Source: Azolla caroliniana | Taxonomy: Eukaryota; Plantae; Polypodiophyta | Direction of reading: 5' to 3' | NCBI GenBank assembly: GCA_043228905.1 | Contig: JBHGNT010000017.1 | Location: forward strand, 16,740,001 to 16,804,000 | DNA: 64,000 bases | Shown here: piece after piece, positions 36,858 through 47,464 of the stretch | Position numbering within the stretch: position 1 is the stretch's first letter | Layout of the letters: the number at the start of each line of letters is the position of its first letter | Translations under genes and position numbers: made by a program | The notes under the pieces: model-generated | Databases searched by the model: none | Told to the model about the DNA's origin: nothing | The model's input: the letters and a program-made list of their open reading frames with translations, nothing else

Positions 36858-37436
36858 AGGTCGCCCAATCCTTGTAAAAAACATTGATGGTAATAAACCA
36901 GGTTGCCCAAACCTCTTAAAAATAATTCTCTGTTAATCCAGGTTGCCCAAACCTCTTAAAAATAATTCTCTGTTAATCCAGGTCGCCCAACCCTTGTAAA
37001 AAACATCGATGGTAATAAACCAGATCGCCCAAACCTCTTAAAGATAATTCTCTCTTAATCTAGGTCCCCAACCTATTTTAATATGGAAAACATTATAAGC
37101 AAGTCACCCAACCCTTGTAAAAAACATTGATGGTAATAAACCAGGTCGCCCAAACCTCTTAAAAATAATTCTCTCATAACCCTGGTCACCCAAACCTCTT
37201 AAAAATCATTCTCTTATAATCTAGGTCGCCCAGCTTGTTTAACTATGGAAAACATTATAAGCAGGTCACCCAACCCTCGTAAAAAACATAAAGAAGGTCG
37301 CCCAAACTTGTTAAAAAACATTCTCTGTCATAGACCAGGTCACCCAACCGTTTTTAAAAACGGCTCGTGATCATAATCCAGGTTGCCCAACCTCTTTTAA
37401 TATGGTCACCCAACCATAAGCCAAGTCGCCCAACCT
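36858..37436. repeat. Array of GGTCGCCCAA(A/C)C-containing repeats
   Basis: More than 15 copies of ggt(c/t)(g/a)cccaa at ~40-bp spacing; the same motif occurs at 31920, 34339-34420 and 35131-35165. Confidence 0.85.
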
Positions 37437-37475
37437 GTTAAATAAACGACCAAAAAAACGATCATATTAACATAT

Positions 37476-37730
37476 AAATTAATCACATTTTAAGTCACAT
37501 TAATCCCTAAACTGTCATTTTAATCAGAGTTGATTCCATCTCCAATTAATTACCTCTTAACATTAGATTCAATTAATCACATCCTCTATCTTAATTAGGT
37601 TCAATTAATCACATTCTTTGTCTTAATCAGATTCTTATAATCACATTCTCTATCTTAATCATAGTCTCTGTCTTAATCAGATTCAATTAATCACATTCCA
37701 TGTCTTAAATTACCTCTGATTAATCACTAC
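37476..37730. repeat. AT-rich TTAATCACATT repeat array
   Basis: Repeated ttaatcacatt and tcttaatcagattc units immediately upstream of the ATG at 37751. Confidence 0.7.
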
Positions 37731-37750
37731 AAGAATTAGAAGTTGTCGAG

Positions 37751-38411
37751 ATGAATCCAAATGAACTAGATTTCATCATGTCCTTGTATGATTCTGAGGA
37801 TGGTTATGCATCACCATACTCCGCAACCATCAACGAAGATTTGGACTCGTCTACATCCGAAGACTATGAGTCGGCTTCATCCGAAGAAGAGGCAGAGGAG
37901 GTTGATCCCTTCATGTATTGTTTGGTGAGGTATTTTGCGTTCACAAGAGGTACTTACGATTTAATGCTTGAAGATTTATCGGGTCAAGTTAAGGTAACGT
38001 TTGAAACATTAAACGTGGTCGCAAGGGGTGCACCTCTTAATTTACATGCATGGAGGTGCATGAAGAGTCATCTCACGCTTAGAAATGAGAACACAATACA
38101 CCTAAAGGCATCGCCTCATCTTCAAGTTACGAACATAGAGAAATGGAGGGAGATAGTACTGGCGTCACATTGTGGCACATCACACTATTCTTTGATGGGT
38201 ACTCTGACAGAGTTAAAGAATCTTTGGTCCAATGACCTTTGTGCCCATGGGATCCCTAGTGCATATGTGAAAGCAATGGTTGACCGATGTGGTTGTCAAG
38301 TTGTGTCGAGGTTAACTCCATCTGACATGGAGGGGACAAGTGTCGTGAAATATAAAAGGTCTAGGCCCATAGAAGTGATCAAGATAGAGGCCCATAACGT
38401 TGATGATATGC
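37751..38411 (+). pseudogene. 5' part of a Mutator-like (MULE) transposase gene, split by element E
   Basis: 222-aa ORF runs into the E LTR. Removing E with a 4-bp TSD rejoins in frame (DDM|LIDVQLRYHTRF) with the segment at 60876, which leads to the MULE DDE domain. Confidence 0.65.
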
Positions 38412-39076
38412 TGTCGTGAAGAAAACCGGCCATAGGCGGAATCGGAGAGAAAGCGCGTAAACCGGCCCTTACACGAATGGACGCGTGACTTGATGTTTTG
38501 TACACGAACTGGTGGATGTAAATACTAAGCCGCACGCATTTATTAGGAGGGGATTGTGTGTATCCCAGTCAGAGGGACAAGGAATAAAGGGAAGAGGACA
38601 AGGGAAAACGGGGATGGCGTGCGAGGAGGAAGGGAGGCGTTGCTGCAGAACGAAAGGCGAAGCTCTCTCTCTCTCTCGAACTGGAATCGTCGCTCTCTGC
38701 GGGTGTCGGGAGGTTGCTGCCTCTGCTTCGTGGATAGCCCGTGTGCTTCCAGCAGAGTCGCTCCCTTTCCCCTTTTGTTTCTTTGAGTCGTGTGACTGTC
38801 GTCGGTGTGCGTGAGTAGGGTCCCCGTGTCGGGTCCGTCGCCGCTTTGTCGGTTGTAACTGTCGGAGTTTGTAATCTCTGTCATTATAATTAAATGTTAC
38901 GTTCTATATCTCTCTTTCTCGCTTCTACGTGTCGGTGAATCTCTGTCTCTCTGTCTCTGTCTCTCTCGCTCCTCGGTCCAAGACCCCCGTGGTCCTGCCC
39001 CTTTCTACACGTACGCGCGTAACTATGCGACATCTTTGGTGAACCCGACGTGAACGAGCGGCAAAGGAGTCGAAAG

Positions 39077-41208
39077 ATGAGGGGATTGGATCTAGCAGAG
39101 GCAATGGCGGTGGCCGTCGACCGGCTGGTGAACGCTCGTGAGGGAACGGGTACCCTCGACAGAGCCATTGAATCGATCGTCGGCTCTATAGGCCGTTTCG
39201 GAGGGAAAGACGCCACAAGTTATTTGGAGGCTTACCGGGCCGAAATGATCATGAGGGATATCCCGGTGGACAGGCGGCTGTTCGGATTCCCTCGGGTGGT
39301 GACGTCGGGCATCCATGCGGAGGTGCTCGAGGTGCTGGCCGGATGCCAGACTTGGGAGGAGTTCGAGCTGCAACTCCTCGAGAAGTACGGGTTTGACGAC
39401 TCGCTCCGGCTGTCAAGGCGGGACTTCATGGCGTGGGTGGAAAGCCTCGGAAAAGGGAGGAACACGTCGGTGCTCCTCCAGGAGTTCGAAAAACGGTTCG
39501 CGCGGCTGTCGACGTTGGACCGGACGGTGCTCGAAACAAGTCGGGTACTGCTATTTGTCAAGTCGGTGGATGTGCTCGACAGGGAAAAGGTGGGGCCCCT
39601 ATTGGAAACGGACGAAGGGCTCACGACAGACTGGGCCGTGGTAAAACGGGTCTATAGCCGTTTCGACAAACGACGAGATTGGAGCGACGGAAGCACGTTG
39701 GTGTCGGGGCCGGTCCCGGGGAGGAGGCTCGAGGAGCCGATTTCGGTGCCGACTGGGAGGAAGGAAGAGACCCGAATCCGGTCGGAGTCAGGGTTGGCAT
39801 CAAACGACGTGGTCAGAGGCCCATCCGGAGGAGTGGCTCTGGAAGAGCTAACACAAATGGTGCGCAACCTGCAGATCGCACAGGCCCGGAGAGACAGCGG
39901 TGAACAACCTCGCGACCGGAGGCCGCCGGCTGGGCAGCGGTGCATGTGGTGTGACGCGATCGGTCACATTCGGAAGGACTGCGCGGATTTCGTCGACACG
40001 CTCAGGACCAACGTGTTGTACCTCTGGAACGGGTGGGTGCACGCAAGCGAGACCCGGAGAGCCTTGGAATTGAATACGGGGCGCGACGAAATGAAGAGGT
40101 TGATGGAAGAGGCCGCGACACGGCATGTCGAAGCCGTTAACAACTCAGTGTCAGTGGGAATTCGGGTCGGGGGTGATGAGACCCGGAAGGCGAAGGACTC
40201 CGGGTTCTGGCCGCTAGTGCTAGAAGGCCTCTCCGGAGTTCGGTTGAGGAAGGAAGAGGCGGACCACGCGGAACAACGGGTCTAGGAGGTCACCAGTTGG
40301 GACGATCCGGTGGAAGAGAAAACGGGCTTCGTAGAAGCCACTTGCCAGAACTACGAGGTTCTGGTGGAGGACAAACGGGCAGGAAAGGCCGGAGGGGTCG
40401 GCTCCCCGAGGTATGAGACCCAGTTCGGACCGAAACCGACCGGTGCCGGCAACCCGGGCGCACCGGACGGAAAGAAGCAGGCGGGGTTTCGGTTGAGCAC
40501 CGAGATCGAAAGGACCACAGACCTACGAAAGGTCCTAGAGGAACGTATCCTCGACAGCAAAGTGGAGCTGTCATTGCGGGAGGTCCTGGGAATCGCCAAG
40601 AGGGAGTTCCACGACTCTATCGTAGACTTAGTGAAGCGTAAGAGGCTCTCGAAGGAGCCGGAACCGGAGAAGCCGGTGGAAGTGCGGACCACGCACCTGG
40701 AAGACGGAGCCTTGGAAGATGAGCTGGCGGGAAGCCACTACACGAAGCCGCATTGGGCCAGGGCGACTACGGAAACCCCTGTACGGATCGACAACGTTCT
40801 GGAACCGGTGGTGGCGTTGGTAGACCATGGATCCGAAATCAACCTGATGTCCATGGATTTCTACAAGAAGGGTAAATGGCCGATCAACACCAAGCATGGC
40901 TGGAAGATATGGGCAGCGACGCGCGCCACGGAAGAACTACATGGGGCCTGTCCGAACGTACGGGTGAAAATCGGCGATGTCGAGATCGACCAACACTTCT
41001 TCGTGCAGGAGACGTCCTCGCATCCGGTTATTCTAGGAGAGCCATATATCACGATAGCACGGATGGAGACCAAGGTGCTGGACAACGGTTCAGCCTATGC
41101 AAGAGTCAAAAGCCAGGCGGGCGTCACTCGGTCCAGTTCCTAACGGTGCAACCAAACCACGAGCGTAACCGCGAGGCCCTCGACAGCGAAACCCGAGGGG
41201 ATTTTTAG
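39077..41208 (+). pseudogene. Element E gag-protease ORF (one stop, one frameshift)
   Basis: CMWCDAIGHIRKDC knuckle; ALVDHGSEINLM protease; VILGEPY; ends at GDF*. Confidence 0.85.
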
Positions 41209-43719
41209 AGAGGGCTATCAAGGCGTTGGGCCGCGATAGTCTGGACTCTCGAGAACAACCCCACAAATGTACAGTACGGAAGAAGACCTGTACCATAGGT
41301 AGGAAATTTTGGTTCTCCGACAGCGGAGGTTGTACCATAACCAACGTCAGCGGCAGGGAAAGGAAGCAAGCGGAGGAGCGGCTCAGGGGATGCGGAGTCC
41401 TCTTCCTCGACGAGGACATCAGCGGCGTCGTGGAGGCGGTCTCTTTTGACGACACCTTGGGCGAACTACAAAAGGTGATCGGAGAAGACCTTAGGGAAGA
41501 CTGGACCGTTCCGGTAGGGTCAATGGGAATGTACGAAGTCATCGCAGACTTCGGGGAAAGGATCGGGTCGGATCGGACGGCCCGCGTGGATATGAAATAC
41601 AAGACTATGGACCGGAAGGTGAGGCCAATCACGGCACCCTTGCCGGAGGGCAGCGAGGAGCGGATAAAAGGGGTCACGTTGGACCCAAGTTTACGAAATC
41701 CGGCTAGCTTAGGGCACCGGTTCACCGACATAACGCTACGGGAGCTCACGGTCGGTGGGGGCGGCTTCCTACTACCGGCGGAGGAGGACCGGTTTTGGAG
41801 AATGCTCGGGAGGCATGGGAGGGCTTTCGCATTCTCACCGGAGGAGATCGGGTGCGTAGACCCGACAGTTGTCGAACCGATGGTGATCTTCACGGTACCG
41901 CATGTACCGTGGAATCCCAAGCCGATTCCGATGCCAAGAGCTCACATCCCGAAGTTGATGGAGCTCCTAAAGCAAAAGGTGGAGATGGGCATCCTCGAAC
42001 CGTCGAGTGCCCCGTATTCGAATCAGTGGTTTACGGTGCCGAAAAAGAACGGCACGCTGCGCTTCATTCAGGACCTGCAACTGGTCAACAAGGTGACCAT
42101 CCGTAATGCAAGGATCGGACTGACCATAAACGAGTTCGCGGAGGCCTTCGCTGGAAGGTCGATCTATTCTGTCAGTGATTTGTACTCGGGGTACGATCAG
42201 TTCCAACTAGCCGTGGAGAGCAGAGGCATTACGACGATGCGGACTCCTCTCGGCCTAGTGCGGATGTGTACCCTGCCACAAGGAGGGACGAACTCAGTGG
42301 CTCACATGGTGAACGCGATGAACAAAGTGCTCAGGGATTGTATCCCGGACATCACCATGCCGTTCTTAGACGACATCCCGATCAAGGGATGCCCGATGGA
42401 GAAAAGGGACGAGGCAATTGGGCCGGACGGATGTCGGAAATTCGTGGCGTCCCATATCGATGACTGTGAGAAGGTGCTGCAGAGACTAGAGCGCGCGGGG
42501 CTCACCTTCTCCGGGGAAAAGTCGGCCTTCGAACAGTCGGAGATCTTGGTTGTCGGACACCTGTGCGGGCCTTACGGTAGGAAACCGTCTCCGGCAAAGG
42601 TAGAGGCCATCTCCGCGATGAGGAATATTTGCGGGTCGGTCACGGAGGTCCGCAGATTCTTGGGGGCATGCGCGTTCTACCACATCTGGATCCTGCACTA
42701 CGCACATGTCGCGGAACCCCTCTACGGACTATTGAAAAAGGGGCGTAGCTTTGAGTGGAGGACGGAGCACACGGAGTTGGTTCGGAGACTAAAGGAGGCG
42801 CTTACGGCAACGCCGACTCTCCATAAAGCGGTTTACGGCAAGGATGTTCCCATCTGCATAACGATGGACACCAGCCGGACCGGGATCGGGTGGGTAATCA
42901 GTCAGGAGGACAAGGGCGGCATACGATTCCCGATCCGGTTCGAGGCGAAGGTATTGAGCGAGCGGCAGCGAGGGTACGCCCAAGTTAAGTGCGAACTTTG
43001 GGGTGTCGTTTTGACAGTCAAGGCCGACAAGGATTATCTGATCGGGACGGAGGTGATCATCGAGACGGACTGCCTGTCGATACTCGGCATGGTTTCCGGA
43101 TGCGCGACGCCGGACCTAGCAATGCTCCGGTGGATAGCGTACATTAAGTCCCTGAACCCGGAGATACGGCACATCTTCGGAAAGGACAACGCCATGGCCG
43201 ACATGCTTTCAAGGGCAAGGTTCAACGACGAAGACGACATGGTTTCGGAAGACGAAGAAGTCGGCGAGGACTTCTTTGGGTCGGCTAACGTAACGACGAG
43301 GAAAGGGAACACTCCGGCGCTTAACGAATTTGACGAAAGCAGGTACGACGGGGAGTGGCTCCAAATTGGGAGGTTCCTACGGACAATGACGCCGGACGCA
43401 GCATGGGCGGGAGAGGAGGCGAGCCGGATACGGAGGAAGGCGTACCGATTCTTCCTGCGGGACGGGTGCTTATGGAAGCACCCAAAGAAGAGAAGCGGCA
43501 TCCCACTCCGAGTAGTGGCAAAGAAAGAAGAACAGGGGAAACTACTGGCGGCATTCCACGAGAGCCCATGGGCCGGACACTGTGGAACGTGGGCCACTTT
43601 CGAGAAGCTGATGGAGAAGTATTGGTGGCCGGGGCTGTTCCAGGACGTGCATCGGTTCGTAACGACTTGCGAAAGCTGTTAGATGCACTCCGTAGTCCGA
43701 AACCGGGACGAGCTACACC
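41199..43719 (+). pseudogene. Element E pol (RT-RNase H-integrase zinc finger), 5' part
   Basis: LRFIQDLQ, DLYSGYDQ, LPQGGTNS, PFLDDI, VRRFLG, ITMDTS, NAMADMLSR, H-ES..GH...CESC. Confidence 0.9.
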
Positions 43720-43817
43720 TGTCATGAACAGTACTGAGACAGAGAAGGAATTAGTACTAAACGAAGGATTAGTACTACGAGAGGTGTGAGCTTCTTCGAG
43801 AGAAGGGAGAAGTGAGT

Positions 43818-43855
<38 letters not shown>

Positions 43856-44427
43856 GTGATGATAAGAAAGATATTTATTATATGAAGAGAATATACAACG
43901 GCGGCTAAAAGGCTTAAGACTGGCGTTGAACCAATTTGGTTCAACATAATGCCTAGTGTTATTCTCTGACCGGACAAGGCCTAACACAAGGTGTCACGGA
44001 GACACTTCACCAAAGGATGATTACGGCATAGGATTATGACTCAACGATTACACCGACTTAAGTAGGTTACACGATTAGAGCGCTTTTGTTAATTACACGC
44101 GTAAGATATAACAGTAATTACAGAACGGAAATCAACACAGAAGTATAAACACCATACGCTCTATTAATTATCCGCTCCGATTACAATGGGGTCCGGGCCT
44201 TTAAATAGGTTTCCGGCCCGTAGTACAAAACGGTGCCTATCGCACCTATTCGGGATCCGTCCGGATCTGGAACGGCATACCGTTTCCAGTCCGTCCGTCC
44301 ACACTATGCTTATTTACAACCATACTTAATTAATTCCTTCACTCCGTATTTTGGACTCCTTGCAGGCCGGTAACACATGGCACGCCCGTGGGACAGTACC
44401 TTGTACGTCGAACCCTTCTCGGCCCCT

Positions 44428-47095
44428 TCATTGTTCACCCAAATTGTCCAAAATACTTTGTTCCAGAGTTTCCAATTGTTCTTCCGGTTGTGGTTGTTGC
44501 GGCTGTGCTTGCTGCTGTTGCTGTGGTTGTGGTTGGGACTGAGACTGCTCCGGCTGCTCTATAGGCGGCTGCTCCGTTTGTTTCTCTGACTCCGACATCC
44601 CCGTTTGACTGCTTCCGGTCCGGTCTCCTTCCAGTAACGGTTCCTCATCACTGAGGTTGACCGTAACCGGTTCTCGTTCTTTCTCTTCCCGGATCCGGGA
44701 CCTCTCGTAGCTTTCAAACTGGATCTGCGCCTCCAGCCTGTCGTCGTCCAGCTGAGCTACAAGTTGCCGGACTTGCCCTAGTTGGTCCTCTGCCAAGGCT
44801 TGAAAGTCTTCGGCCCGCTCATCTCTTATGCCGGTGAAGTCTTCGGAAGTCAGCATATAGCAATCATCTCCCTCCTTCCGCCGGTTCTCTATGTCGGCCC
44901 GGAGCAATTGGAGTTCCGCCGCGTTCGTGGCCCACTTGGTCCACCATTTGACGGAATCGTTGTCAATCAAGCTCTTGGTCTGGTTCAACCAGGCCCGCAT
45001 GATATCCTGGATGCGACTTGCTCCCATTTGCGCTCTACTTTCCACAACTTGTCGTTCCTCCTTCAACTGCTTGATGAGATTAGCCGTATCCTCCGCCTGC
45101 TCTCTGTAGCGCGTCAGCTGCCCTTGATATGTTGTTTGCAGCCTCTGCAGTACCTCCGCCGCTCTTTCTTTTTCCGCCTGCTGTTGCCTGAGGAGCTCTG
45201 TCCGAACCTTCTCCGCCTCTTCCAACTGTCTTCTGGTTTCCGCTTGTTCATTAGCGTATGCCGTTGCGGTCCGATCAACTGCTTGCCGGAGCTCATCCGT
45301 CCGTTCCTTGTGCTCCGTTTGCAACCGTTTATACTCCTGGTGCAAGTCTCAAATTCCTCCGTTTTTTGTTTGAGCTTGCCGTTGATCTGGCGATGGTTTC
45401 GGTCCTCCCGGTCCTTTAGCTGCCGGAGTTCCTCTTTCAGGCGCTCTACTTCTGTTTCGGCGTTTCTCCGGAGCCTGTCCTTCTCTTGCAGCATTTTCTC
45501 CCTCTCCTCCTTGAGCCGGTCGTACGCTTGGTGGCCTTTTCGTAAGCTCTCCTCGGCCCGGCGTAGATTCTCAGCAGTCTTTTTAAGTTCTGCCTCCGCT
45601 GCCATCTTCAACTCTCTTTCGCGGCTCCTCAGCGCTTCTTGGGCAGCTAGCTCATCCTTTAAGTCCGCAAGCTCTTGGGCTTGTGCCGCATTTCTCTCCG
45701 GAACGGTTTCCGTTGCCGGGGTCTGATTGCTATGTACAGGTTGATCTGACGCTTTATTCTGTACATTGCCCGGAGTCACCGGTGCTTGGACTTGTGTTGT
45801 CAAAGCCAATTGAGCCATTTCCCTTGTGACCCTGTCCAAGTCTTGTTCAAGGCTCCGGATTCTGGATCGGGCCGTCTCTAGATTTACGGTTGTGACGAGC
45901 AACCGTTCGTGGTGCGCTCTCTCCTCTGCCTCTATGTACTCGACCGCTCCGGCGATCTGCTCGCCTACCCACCGTAGCCACATGCTACTGGTGCCTTGCT
46001 GTTGTACTGGTCGGGTCGGCTCGTTCACTGTGGAATTGTCTGGCCTGAGTGCCTGTATCTGCCGTTCTGGTTCTACTCCTTGGCCGCTGTGTGCGCTGGC
46101 TGGGCTCGCCGGCTGTTGAGTTCCGGTTCTCGCCGTCTCCGGAGCCGTTGGAATGACTTCTTGTATAGAAGTCGACAAGGCCGGTTCTATACGCACCGGT
46201 TCCGGTTCCTCCCTTGTGGTTTGCTCAGGTTGAGTTGGGGGCGTTTCTTCCTTTTGCGGGTCCGAACGCTCCCCCGCTGTCCCGACGGTCCTACTTCTTG
46301 ACCGTCGTTGGAGGTGCTCTACTGGCTCCTCCGTTTCCTCTTCCTGGGTAACGACATGTATCTGTGCCGTCAAGGGTTCCGGTTCCTTCTGTCCCGGTCG
46401 CCGTATGGTTATCTTAACGGGTAGGACCGGTGACACCTCCTCCGGTTCTGGGAGCCGTTTCTTCCCTTTCGTCGCCTTCGACGCCAGCAGCTGCTGTCGT
46501 TTGGACGCGGGTTTCGAGGTGCTTCCTTCCGATAATCTTGGCCGCTTCTTTGGTTGAACGGTCTCGACCGGCGGCACGAGCAATGTTATCCACTGAGCTA
46601 CGGCATGCCACAGCTTCCGGCCCTCCTTGCCGTCCTTTCCTCGTACCATGTCGATTGCCGCGCACAAACCGTCTGCAATCAACACGGGCCAATCCACCTT
46701 GATCCCTTCATAGGTGGCTATGATCATCCCTGCCCGATTTTTTGGCATGACAGGGGTCGGGGGTACACGTGGCCGTACTCATGGAGCACTCGAGCTATCT
46801 CCTTGAATAGCGGATCTTCGCCGCCCTGCGTTCGATAGCCTTTGCCGGCTAGAGAGTACTCACCGAAATATCAGATGAGTTGCTCCGATGTTGGGTTATC
46901 GATCTGAAAAATACGTCCCTCCGGAAGGCCTGTTAGCGCACGGATCGCTTCCTCGGTGATGACTTCTGTGTCGAGCTCCTTGATGACCCGGTCGGCTTCT
47001 TTGTGCGGTGGTGCCTCCATGATGGTCAGGAACCCATCCAGTCCGTGTTGCCTGAGCCATTTCCTGGCCGCTTCCGACAGCGTTTGTGGGTCCAT
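44428..47095 (-). pseudogene. Element D extra 3' ORF (~890 codons if repaired; long coiled coil), function unknown
   Basis: MDPQTLSEAARK... with a stop at 46871, a frameshift near 46750 and a frameshift near 45350, joining the 544-aa and 305-aa ORFs; E/R/K/Q heptad-rich. Confidence 0.7.
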
Positions 47096-47464
47096 GTCTG
47101 CTTCGAGGTCGAGGAAAGATGGCGAGGTAGAGTGGTGATGAGAGTGAGAGCGAGAGAGAGAGAGTTCCGAACGTGGGGGTTCTCTGAGTGCAGGTTCGCG
47201 TCTGATAAGCTTCCACTGCCTTGGTGCTTCTGTGCTTCTTGGCTCGCGAAATGAAAAGGTCTCCATGCGTTCTGCTTTTTCTCTGTGCGTCTTGGCGCCT
47301 TTTCCGAGCATGCGCACGTCGTGTACCAATTTAGTATTAAGTAACGTGGCGGCTCTTAAATGCCCACTACGTACCTTTTCGCTCCTTGCTTTCACGTCCG
47401 TTCATACCTCGATTTTTAATGATTTCTTTCTTCTTTTTTTTTTTTTTAATGACGGTATGTGATC

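Noticed and set aside
36589-37436. CRISPR-like array (regularly spaced short repeats)
   Set aside because: Spacers are themselves repeated and degenerate, the context is eukaryotic and there are no cas genes; these are ordinary tandem repeats.
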